From assembly GCA_030390025.1 (NCBI GenBank), contig CM059432.1, positions 150,476,001 through 150,540,000 of the forward strand: 64,000 nt of DNA, read 5' to 3'. The notes below the pieces were generated by a model, which saw only the letters and a list, made by a program, of their open reading frames with translations, was not told where the DNA came from and ran no database searches. The position numbers and the translations under genes were made by a program. Each line of letters begins with the position of its first letter. Positions within the stretch are counted from its first letter, which is position 1. This DNA is from Squalus acanthias (Eukaryota). This document shows, piece by piece, positions 26,801 through 37,614 of the stretch.

Positions 26801-27441
26801 GGGGGGAAAAATTTGGTTGCTTTGCGCCTCCCTAAGAGGGCGCTAACGGGGCTCAAAGCAACTAGCGCCCGGGCGCGGCGCCGCCAATGCCTCCCGCAAA
26901 ATTCAGCGGGAGGTTAGCGGCGGCGCTAACTGTTAGCGCCCCGCAACGCTGCGCCGCCGGCGATGACTTCATCACCGTGCACAGCGCCCCGCTCTCGCCC
27001 TGGCCGCGATCTTCGGTAGCGCCCCTGACTTACCGCCGGACGCTATGCCGGGGCCGGGGCGGCGCTATTTCAATGGGAGGTGCCGGGCGGCCATTTTTGT
27101 TGCTGGCCGCCTGCCAGCACCTGCCTCCGCTCCCGTCCCCGACCTCCTTACCCTCCCCCCGGCGGGGTGCCGGCTGCGCTCCATGAGCCCGGCACTTCTC
27201 GAGTGCTGGGCTCTTTTGCCGGCACTCCGATCCCCGGGGGCCCAGCTAGGCCCTGGGTCGCGCTACGCAAGGCCCCTCCCCTTTAAGAGGAGGAGGAAGG
27301 CCTGCAATACCGTGGCGCGCCGCTTCCAGCAGCGCCCCTCTTCCCTCTTGGGGCGCTACCACTCAATTTCGGTTGTGGGTGTGCTAATTTTTCCCCGGCG
27401 AAGTTAGCGCCCCAAAGGTGGCGCAACTCAATTTTTCGCCC
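26801..27441. mobile_element. GC-rich Harbinger-type MITE inserted in an old CR1
   Basis: TAA TSD (26798-26800 and 27442-27444); imperfect TIR GGGGGGAAAAATT/AATTTTTCGCCC; host reads AATACTCTAA|GTGTGGTCTGACC. Confidence 0.85.
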
Positions 27442-27524
27442 TAAGTGTGGTCTGACCAGTGCATTGAAAAGCCTCAGTAAAACGTGAGAACTTATATTCT
27501 ACTGTTCTGACTATATGTCCGAGC

Positions 27525-27980
27525 ATAGATGAGGGACTTCAGTTATGTGGAGAAACTAGAGAAGCTTGGATTGTTCTCGAGAGCAGAGAAAGTTAAGGAG
27601 AGATTTAAAAGAAGTGTTCAAAATTACAAGGGGTTTTAACAGGGAGAAGTTGTTTCTACTGGCCAGTGGATTGGTAATTAGAGAACACAGATTTACGATA
27701 ATTGGCAAAAAACGTCTGAGGGGAGATGAGGAGAATTTTTTTTATGCAGTGAGTAATTATGATCTGAAATGCACTGCCTGTAAGGGTGGTGGAAGCAAAT
27801 TCAATAGTAACTTTCAAAGGAGAATTGGATATATACTTGGGGGAAAAGAAAAAATATGCAGGGCTATGGGGAAGGAGCGAGGGAGTGGGACTAATTGGAT
27901 AGCTCTTTCAGAGAGCTGACACAGGCACAATGGGACAAAGAGCCTCTTTCTGTACTGTAATATTCTACAATTTTATGATT
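27525..27980 (+). mobile_element. CR1 3' fragment
   Basis: RKLRRDLKEVFKI..REKLF..HRF motif and tail. Confidence 0.8.
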
Positions 27981-28106
27981 CATTCTATTAGCATTGCTTC
28001 ACCATATTTTCTTGATATCGAAAGTAACGTGCCTGCCATTACTTCTGGGCCCTCTTGTAAGTCACCCTGTGCTCATGCCTTTCCATCCACTATATACTTG
28101 CTTACC

Positions 28107-28858
28107 TTTTGAAGTGTATTCACTGTTGTAATGTGGGAAACACGACAGCCAATCTGCGCACAGCAAGGTCCCACAAACAGCAATGTGATAATGAAAAGAT
28201 AATGGGTACGAAATTCAGTAGTGTCCGTTTGCGGGCGGTAACACTGGCGAGGCGGGACATCCGGAGCCCGGCGAGGAAGTCCCGCCCGGCCGCGAAATTC
28301 GCCTTACCGCCCCGCCCAGGAAGTGGAGCACAATGTCGGGCGCTCCACTTCCTGGTGGGGTGGTAACCGAGGCGATGTCGGGGCACGATCGCCTTCAGTT
28401 AAAGGGGAGGGAGGGCTGCTGCGCACTCTGCAGGGCCTCCGATGGCCCCAAATGGCCACCAGGGCAGCATGGTGCCATGGCAGCAGCCCGGCGCCGAGAC
28501 ATGCCACGCCATGGCACCCCCCCCCCCCCCCCCGCTAACGGCAGGCGTAAAGGAGCCGAATTTCGCCCCCACTATGTTTCAATAATGTTGGTTGACGGAT
28601 AAATATTGGCCCGGACAACGGGGAGAACTCCCTTGCTTTTCATCGAAATAGTATCATGGGATCTTTTACGTCCACCCGAGAGGGGAGACGTAACCTCGGT
28701 TTAACGTCTCATCTGAAAAACAGCACCTCTGATAATCCAGCCACTGAGGGAGTGCTATACTATCAGCCTAGATTTTGTGCTCAAGTCGCTGGAGTGGGAC
28801 TTGAACCCACAACCTTCTGAATCAGAGGCGAGAGTGCTGCCACTGAGCCACAGCTGAC
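28107..28858 (-). mobile_element. Deu-domain tRNA SINE split by a MITE
   Basis: TGGCTCAGTGG A-box and GGTTCAAGTCC B-box on the minus strand; homologous to 10820-11248. Confidence 0.8.
28204..28570. mobile_element. GC-rich Harbinger-type MITE
   Basis: Imperfect TIR GGGTACGAAATTC/GAATTTCGCCCCC; interrupts the SINE body; 3-bp TSD is imperfect. Confidence 0.7.
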
Positions 28859-28894
28859 GCTGAATTCATCCAGTCATTTTTTTAATAACCTATC

Positions 28895-29042
28895 TGTAAT
28901 GTATTATCACATGGTTTGTCACATTGTTTGGTATGAGCATGCTCAGTTCGCTCTGGCCTAGTAAAGCAAGCTCATGAACTAGCAACTGGTGTCTCTATCC
29001 TTCATACATGTCCCACATATATTACATTTTGGCGACGAAGAT
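28895..29042 (+). mobile_element. Short Gypsy 5' LTR (28895-29026) plus primer-binding site
   Basis: TGTAAT...ATTACA inverted termini followed closely by TGGCGACGAAGA; Gypsy pol lies downstream on the same strand. Confidence 0.7.
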
Positions 29043-29369
29043 CGGATCCCAAAGCTATTTTTAGGGATCATGGAAGGACACAGTGTTCAACCTTTGAGTG
29101 GAAAAGTTTAAGGTGAATTTGTGACACCTAAACTGAATTTTTTGCGATGTTTTACTGTTAATGCTGATGCAGAATCGTCTGTGCTTCGCCTTCGTGTGTT
29201 TGTATACACAGCAACTGCGGCGTTGATTCTCACAGCTACGCAGGTAGCGGCTGAGTCACTGTTCGACAGGATCAGGACAATCATGGCCGCGCCTACGGGA
29301 TTCATCGGAAGCCTCGGCATGTATGACCGAGCTAGTGAAGCAGTTCTTACATTGAGCGGATGCAGATTT

Positions 29370-32300
29370 TTTTTTAAGGCCAAATACATTATTGAGGTCA
29401 CAGGACAGCAGGTAGGTGATTGGTTGGTGAGTATTACAGCTCTTTTGCTCTCTAGGTTAGGTAAGTGGATTAAATTCAGAACTGGGAGAGGATTAACCAC
29501 TAGAACTTTATTCAATTAATAACTTAAACTAAATTAATTAAAACTAAAAATTAAAAGTTAAAATAATCATTTGATGGAGGCGGAGTATAAATCGAGCAGG
29601 AGGCCCAGAGAGAGTGCAGATCAGAGCAGCGGCAGCCGCGAGCAGGCAGAGGACCTCCAGCAAAAACAGCAGCAGCAAAAGCAACAACTGCAAAACAGCA
29701 TAAGTGACGTCACAACCAGGGAAGGAGCTGATTGGTGAGTAGCTGGTAACTGTTAATAGTCTATTAAGTAAAGGCATGGCAGGGCAGCTCAGTCGTGGTC
29801 CATATCAGTACCAACGACATAGGTAGAAAAAGGGATGAGGTCCTGCAGGCAGATTTCAGGGAGCTAGGAAAGAGATTAAAAAACAGGACCTCAAAGGTAG
29901 TAATCTCCGAATTACTCCCGGTGCCACGCACTAGTGAGTATAGAAATGGGAGGATAGCGCAGATGATTGCGTGGCTGGAGAGATGGTGCAGGAGGGAGGG
30001 CTTTAGATTCCTGGGGCACTGGGACCGGTTCTGGGGAGGTGGGACCTGTAAAAGACAGACGGGTTGCACCTCAACAGGGCCGGAACCAATATCCTCATGG
30101 GGAGGTTTGCTAGTGCTGTTGGGGAGGGTTTAAACTAATTTGGCAGGGGGATGGGCACCAGGATGTAAAATTAGAAAGGGGAAATCAAGTGCTCAAAGGA
30201 TTGGGAGAGGCAGAGAGCACTAAAGTAAGAAATAGTAAGGTATTAGGTGGGGTCAAACTAAGAGAATACAGGATGGTCTAAGACGGGTTTACAGTGTATG
30301 TATGTGAAAGCACAAAGCGTAGTAAACAAGGTAAGTGAGCTGCAGGCACAAATAGCCACATCGGAATATGATGTTGTGGCAATAACTGAGACCTGGCTCA
30401 AAAAAGGGCAGGATTGGGTATTAAATATTTCTGGTTATCAAGTGTTCAGGAAAGATAGGGAAGGAAAGATAGGAGGTGGTGTGGGCAGTATTGGTCAAGG
30501 AGAATGTTACAGTGCTGGAGAGGGAAGATGTCCTGGAGGGGGTCAAGGACAGAATCTATATGGCTAGAATTAAGAAATAATAGAGGTGCCATTACACTAC
30601 TAGGTGTATTCTATAGACGACCAAATAGTGGGAAAGATATGGAGGAGCAAATTTGCAGAGAAATTACAGAGAGGTGCAGGAACTATAGAGTAGTAATAAC
30701 GGGGGACTTCAACTATCCTAATATAGACTTGGATCGTAATAGTGTTAAGGGCAGAGAAGGGGAAGAATTTCTGAAGTGTGTTCAGGAGAACCTTCTTGAT
30801 CAGTATGTTTCCGGCCCGACGAGGGAGGAGGCATTGCTGGATCTGGTTCTGGGGAATGAGGTAGGTCAAGTGGAGCAAGTATCAGTAGGGGAACATTTAG
30901 GGAACAGTGATCATAGTCTCATAAGGTTTAGATTAGCTATGGAAAAGGACAGGGAGCAATCTAGAGTAAAAATGTTTAACTGGAGGAAGGCCAATTTCAG
31001 TGGGATGAGAACTGATCTGGCCCGGGTAAACTGGAATCAAAGATTGGCAGGCAAAACTGTAATGGAACAATGGCCTGCCTTTAAAGAGGAAATAGTTCAG
31101 GTACAGTTGAGGTACATTCCCACTAGGGGAAAGGCAGGGCGGGGAAAGGCAGGGCATCTAAAGTCAGGGCTCCCTGCATGACAAAAGAGATAGAGAATAT
31201 GATGAAGCAGAAAAGGAGCGTGTATGACAGATGTCAGGTTGGAAATACATCTGAGAATCAGACTATATATAGACAAGTCAGAGGAGAAGTGAAAAAGAAA
31301 ATAAGAGGGGCAAAGAGAGGGTATGAGAATAGAATGGCAACCAACATAAAAGTTAATCCAAAAGTCTTCTATAGGCATAGAAAGGGGAAATAAAGTGCTC
31401 AAAGGATTGGGAGAGGCAGAAAACACTAAAGTAAGAAATAGTAAGGTATTAGGTGGGGTCAAATATAAATAGTAAAAGGGTAGCAAGAGGAGGGGTGGGG
31501 CCAATTAGGCACAAAAAAGGAGATCTATGCATGGAGGCAGAGGGTATGGCTGAGGTACTAAAAGAGTACTTTGCATCTGTCTTCACCAAGGAAGAAGATG
31601 CTGCCATTGACATAGTAAAGGAGGAGGTAGTGGAGATACTTGATGGATAAAAATTGATAAAGAGGTATTAGAAAGGCTGGCTGTACTTAAAGTAGATAAA
31701 TCACCAGGAGTGGATGGGATGCATCCTAGGATGCTGAGGGAATTGAGGGAGGAAATCGTGGAGGTACTGGACGTAATATTCCAATCCTCCTTAGATACGG
31801 AGGTGGTGCCAGAGGACTGGAGAATTGCAAATAAGAAAAGAAGAAATGTTAGACCATTGTTCAAAAAAGGGTGTAAAGATAAACCCAGCAACTACAGGCC
31901 AGTCAGTTTGACCTCGGTAGTCGGGAAACTTTTAGAAACAGTAATCAGGGACAAAATTAACAGTCACTTGGATGGGGTGGATTAATTAAGGAAAGCCATC
32001 ATGGATTTGTAAAAGGCAAATCGTGTTTAACTAGCGTGATTGAGTTCTTTGAGGTAACAAAGTGGGTTGATGAAGGTAATGCAGTTGATGTAGTGTACAT
32101 GGATTTCCAAAAGGCATTCGACAAAGTGCCACATAATAGGCTTGCCAGCAAAGTTGAAGCCCATGAAATAAAAGGGACAGTGGCAGCATGGATACGGAAT
32201 TGGCCAAGTGATAGGAAAGAGAGAGTAGTGGTGAACGGTTGTTTTTTGGACTGGAGGAAGGTATACAGTGGTGTTCCCCAGGGGTCAGTTCTAGGACCAC

Positions 32301-32414
32301 TGCTTTTCTTGATATATATTAATGACTTGGACGTAGGTGTACAGGGCACAATTTCAAAATTTGCAGATGACACAAAACTTGGAAGTATAGTGAACAGTGA
32401 GGAGGAGAGTGATA
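29370..32414 (+). mobile_element. CR1 LINE, 3'-truncated, with ORF1 esterase remnant and ORF2 APE/RT, nested in the Gypsy element
   Basis: VHISTNDIG..VVISELLPVP (SGNH-type ORF1); AITETW, GDFNYP, SDH; NYRPVSLTS, KFADD. Confidence 0.9.
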
Positions 32415-33609
32415 GCTATTGTGTGGAAGCTGTCATAAGCCACATAATGGTCGACGGCCAAGAAAAACCAATCGCGTTCGCATCGCGAACCCTCACAAAG
32501 AGCGAAAGAAATTACGTGCAAATTGAAAAGGAAGCACTCGCCATAGTGTTTGGAATCAAGAAATTCCAACAGTTCCTGATCGGCAGAAATTTTACCCTGA
32601 TAACCGATCACAAACTGTTCCTAGCAATATTGGGGCCCAAATCTGCCATCCTTGCAATGGCCGCATCAAGAATGTAACGTTGGGCTGTGTTGTTGTCACA
32701 ATATGACTACACGATTGAATATCGCACTTCAGAACAAAATGCAATCATAGATGCTTTGTCCAGGTTGCCACATGAAGACTCATGTTAGGAGTGAAGGGGA
32801 GATTTTCACACTAGGTGCAGTTGACAAAGACTTTCCCGTGAATGCAACTGAGATTGCAAATAAGACTCAAAAGGACGCAGTACTGAAAAGAGTGTATGAA
32901 AACACTTTGAATGGATGGACTGATCAGTGTCTGGACACAGAGTTGAAGCCATTCCATAACCGTCGTACTGAATTGTCTTGTGAGCAAGGTTGTATCAAGT
33001 GGGGAAACAAAGCGGTGGTACCTACTTCTTTGATAGATAGAATTCTGGCCAAACTTCATACTGAACATCCAAGGATCGACAGTATGAAATCAATTGCAAG
33101 AAGTTTTGCTTACTGGCCTGGATTGGACAGTGATCTTGAATCACTTGTCAGCAAATGCAGCGTTTGCCAAAATTGCAGAAACAAACCACCCAAAACTCCA
33201 CCACAACCCTGGTCATGGCCAAGTAGACCTTGTCAGAGAGTACATGTAGACTTCTGTGAGAAAGCAAATGATTATTTCCTGGTACTTGTAGATAGTCACT
33301 AAAAGCGGATTGATGTGAAACACATGGGTTCAAATACTACAACTGAACGTACCATAGATGAGTTGAGGTCTATCTTTGCATGTCATGGCTTACCTGAAGA
33401 GCTTGTTTCTGACAATGGCCCTCAGTTCCGTTCTGCTCTATTTCAAGAGTTCATGAAATGGAACGGTATCAAACACACACTCGTTCCACCGTATCATCCA
33501 GCTTCAAACGGAGCAGCCGAAAGGTCAGTCAGAATAGTAAAAGAAGCTCTCAAAAAGCAAGTGATGCAGGGTTATTCGGGACTCTGCATGAAGCAACGTT
33601 TGGCAAATT
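32415..33609 (+). mobile_element. Gypsy LTR-retrotransposon pol remnant (RNase H + integrase)
   Basis: PIAFASRTLTKSERNY.QIEKEALA..TDHK (RNase H); H..H..WPG..C..C zinc finger, RVHVDF, LVSDNGPQF, PPYHPASNGAAER (integrase). Confidence 0.95.
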
Positions 33610-34679
33610 TCATCACTTTGCTGATGATTGAGAGTAGACTGATGGGGTGGTAATTGGCCAGATTGGATTTGTCCTGCTTTTAGTGGACAGGACATACCTG
33701 GGCAATTTTCCACTTTGTCGGATAGATGTCAGTGTTGTAGCTGTACTAGAACAGCCTGGCTAGAGGCGTGGCTAGTTCTGGAGCACAAGTCTTCAGTACT
33801 GCAGCCGGGATATTGTCGGTGCCCATAGCCTTTGCTGTATCCATTGTGCTCAGCCATTTCTTGATACCACGTGGAGTGAATCGAACTGGTTGAAGACTTG
33901 CATCTGTGATGATGGGGACCTCAGGAGGAGGCCGAGATGGATCACCCACTCAGCACTTCTGGCTGAAGATGGTTGCAAATGACTTGTCTTTTGTACTCAC
34001 GTGCTGGTCTCCGCCATCATTGAGGATTGGGATGTTCATGGAGCCTCCTCCTCCTCCCCTTATAGCATGTTACTTCCACTGTTTAGCATGCATGTGTTGT
34101 AGCTGCACCAGGTTGGCAAGTCATTTTTAGGTACGCCTGATGCTGCTCCTGGCATGCTCTTCTACACATCTCATTGAACAAGGGTTAGTCGCATGGCTTG
34201 ATGGTAATAGTAGAATGAGGGATATGCCGGGCCATGAGGCTACAGATGTGGTGCAATACAAATCTGCTGCTGATGACCCACAGCGCCTCATGGATGCCCA
34301 ATTTTGAGTTGCTAGATCTGTTCTGAATCTATCCCATTTAGAATGGTGGTAGTGCCACACAACACAATGGAGGGTATCCTCTGTGCGAAGTCGGGACTTC
34401 GTCTCTACAAGGATTATGCAGTGGTCACTCCTACCAATACTGTTATGGACAAATGCATCTGCAACAGGTAGATTGGTTGGGACGAGGTCAAGTAGGTTTT
34501 TCCCTCATGTTGGTTCACTCATCACCTGTCACACGCCCAGTCTCGCAGCTATGTCCTTCAGGACTCACGCAGCTCAGTCTGTACTGGTGCTGCCGAGCCA
34601 GTTTTGGTGATGGACATTGAAGTCCCCCACCCAGAGTAATTCTGTGCCCTCAGTGCTTCTTCCAAATGGTCTTCAACAT

Positions 34680-34781
34680 GGAGGGATATTGATTCATCAG
34701 CTGAAGGAGGGCTGTAGGTGGTAATCAGCAGGAGGGATATTGACTCATCACCTGAAGGAGGGCTGTAGGTGGTAATCAGCA
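34680..34781. repeat. 51-bp tandem duplication within the LINE
   Basis: GGAGGGATATTGA.TCATCA.CTGAAGGAGGGCTGTAGGTGGTAATCAGCA occurs twice. Confidence 0.9.
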
Positions 34782-34826
34782 GGAGGTTTCCTTGCCCATG
34801 TTTGACCTGATGCCATAAGACTTCAT

Positions 34827-35002
34827 CACTGGTTCAAAATTCTGGAACTCCCTCCCTAACAGCACTATGGGAGGACCTTTATCACAAGGACTGCAACAGT
34901 TCAAGAAGGCAGCTCACCACCACCTTCTCCAGGGCAATTAGGGATGGGCAATAAATGCTGGACTTGCCAGTGACGCCCACATCCCATGAATGAATAAAAA
35001 AG
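34827..35002 (+). mobile_element. Family A LINE 3' tail
   Basis: Matches about 800-970. Confidence 0.9.
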
Positions 35003-35071
35003 TTATTTTCTGAAGAAGCATTTTTTTTTTTTACATACCTCTTCCTAATTCATTGCTGTTTGGATGGTGAG

Positions 35072-35505
35072 ACTGGATAGACTAGAGAAGCTGGGATTGT
35101 TCTCCTTGGAGTAAAGGCTAGGAGGAGATTTGATAGGGGTGTATAAAATCATGAAGGATTTAGATAGAGTAAATAAAGAGAAACTGTTTCCAATGGCTGA
35201 AGGGTCAATAACCAGAGGGCACAGATTTAGGGTGATTGGCAAAAGAACCAGAGGCGACATGAGAAAAAGCGTTTTAACCCAACGAGTTGTTAGGATTTGG
35301 AATGCACTGCCTGATAGGGTGGTGGATACAGATTCAATAGTAGCCTTCAAAAGGGAATTGGATAAATACTTAAAGGAGAATAAATTGCAAGGATATGGGG
35401 AAAGAGCAGGGGAGTGGGACTAACTGGATTACTCTTCAAAAGAGCCAGCACAGACTCGATGGGCTGAATGGCCTCCTTCTGTGATGTACTATTCTATGAT
35501 TCTAT
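35072..35505 (+). mobile_element. CR1 3' end
   Basis: ORF 35130-35423 carries the CR1 C-terminus; (ATTCTATG)n tail. Confidence 0.9.
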
Positions 35506-36147
35506 GACTTCATGGGGTCCAGAGTCAATGTTGATGTCGAGGACTCCCAGGGCAACTTTCTCCCGACTGTATACCACTGTGCCACCACATCTGATGGGTC
35601 TGTCCTGCTGGGGGACAGGACATACCCAGGGATGCTGATGGAGGCGTCTGGATGTTGGCTAATAGATATGATTCTGTGAGTATGACTATGCCAGGCTGCA
35701 GCTTGACTAGTCTCTGGGCAGCTCTCCCAATTTTGGCACAAGCCTCCAGATTTCAGTGAGGAGGACTTTGCAGGGTTGACTGGGCTGGGTGTACCTTTGT
35801 CATGTCCGAATCCGATGCCTAGGTCGATGACGGGTAGTCCATCTGTTTTTATTCTCATTATACTTTTTTGTAGCAGTTTGAAACAACTGAGTGGCTTCTA
35901 GGCCATTTCAGAGGGCAGTTAAGAGTCAACCACATTGCTGTGGGTCTGGAGTCACAGAGCCCAGACCAGGTAAGGACAGCAGGTTTCCTTCCCGAAAGGT
36001 CTTTAGTGAACCAGCTGGGTTTCTACGACAATCCAATAGCTTTGTGGTCACCATTACTGATTCTAGCTTTTTATTCCAGATTTATTTAATTCACTGAATT
36101 GAAATTCACAAACTGCCATGGTGGGATTTGAACTCAAGTTATTAGTA

Positions 36148-37248
36148 TAGAAGCATAGAAGATAGGAGCAGGAGTAGGCCATTCGACCCCTCGAGCCTGC
36201 TCCGCCATTTAATGCGATCATGGCTGATCATCCAAATTCAGTACCCTGTCCCTGTCTTCTCCCCATATCCCTTGATCCCTTTAGCCTTAAGAAATATATC
36301 TATCTCCTTCTTGAATATATTTAATGAATTGGCCTCAACTGCCTTCTGTGGTAGAGAATTCCACAGGTTCACCACTCTCTGGGTGAAGAAATTCCTCCTC
36401 ATCTCAGTCCTAAATGGCTTACCCCTTATCCTTAGACTGTGACCCCTGGTTCTGGACCCCCCCGCCATCGGGAACATCCTTCCTGCATCTAGTCTGTCTT
36501 GTCCTGTTAGAATTTTATAAGTTTCAATGAGATCCCCTCTCATTCTTCTAAACTCTAGCGAATATAAGCCTAATCGACCCAATCTCTCCTCATACGTCAT
36601 TCCTGCCATCCCAGGTATCAGTCTGGTAAATCTTCGCTGCACTCCCTCCATGGCAAGAACATCCTTCCTCAGATAAGGCGACCAAAACTGCACACAATAC
36701 TCAAGGTATGGTCTCACCAAGGCCCTGTACAACTGCAGCAAGACATCCTTACTCCTGTACTTGAATCCTCTCGCTATGAAGTCCAACATACCATTTGCCT
36801 TCTTAACCACCTGCTGCACCTGCATGCTTACCTTCAGTGACTGGTGCACAAGGACTCCCAGATCTCGTTGCACTTCCACTTTTCCCAATCTATTACCGTT
36901 CAGATAATAATCTGTCTTCCTGTTTTTGCCACCAAAGTGGATAACCTCGCATTTATCCACATTATACTGCATCTGTCATGCATCTGCCCAATCACCCAAC
37001 CTGTCCAAATCATACTGGAGTTTCTCTGCATCCTCCTCACAGCACACACGCCCAACCAGCTTTGTGTCGTCTGCAAACTTGGAGATATTACATCTAGTTC
37101 CCTCGTCTAGATCATTAATATATATTGTGAATAGCTGCTGTCCTAGCACCGATCCCTGCGGTACCCCACTAGTCACTGCCTGCCACTCGGAAAAAGACCC
37201 ATTTATTCCAACTCTTTGCTTCCTGTCTGCCAACCAGTTCTCTATCCA
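36148..37248 (-). mobile_element. Young CR1 (HER1-like) LINE
   Basis: ORFs 36238-36972 and 36976-37233. Confidence 0.95.
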
Positions 37249-37614
37249 AGGGATTACTCTGGATTACTAGTCCAGTAATATAATCTCTATGCTGCTGAAA
37301 TCATACCTATGTTTAAAAAAGAACGAGTTTATGATTTCAGTAGAAATAGTGAACATAGGAAATCTCATTGCTATTGCTTTATAATGTTGCTACATAGAAC
37401 AACCAAACAAAACCTTCCTAACAGATCCAGATGAGTATTTTACCCCTTTTGAGGTCCGCTGCAAATGTGATCAAAAAATTGAAGTTATACCATATCCATT
37501 CAAACTGATTCTGCTGCCTCACCTCCATTAAGGAATTATCAGTTTATGTCTGAGATTTCAGATATCCATGAAACAGCAGTATTGTTTTTACATACCCTTC
37601 CTAACAGATGTTGC

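Larger units (their letters stand above)
33610..37295 (-). mobile_element. LINE 5' half (probably family A): tRNA-like head, APE endonuclease and RT N-terminus; interrupted at 34827-35505 and 36148-37248
   Basis: Frameshifted SIPGYVLS, TTY.PPSADES, VGDFNVH, KAMG.DNIP..VLK.CA.ELA.PL, NYHPISLLSIISK; B-box GAGTTCAAATCCC at 36123-36135 (minus). Confidence 0.85.

Noticed and set aside
26887..27407. GC-rich ORFs and apparent CpG-island promoter
   Set aside because: They lie wholly inside a TAA-flanked MITE; stop-poor because of GC content
29108..29519. Overlapping 132- and 135-aa ORFs on both strands
   Set aside because: They span the Gypsy leader/CR1 5' junction and have no recognisable domain
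33610..35002. Twin-priming 5' inversion of a LINE
   Set aside because: The minus-strand LINE resumes at 35506 after a GACTTCAT duplication, so the plus-strand tail is a separate insertion
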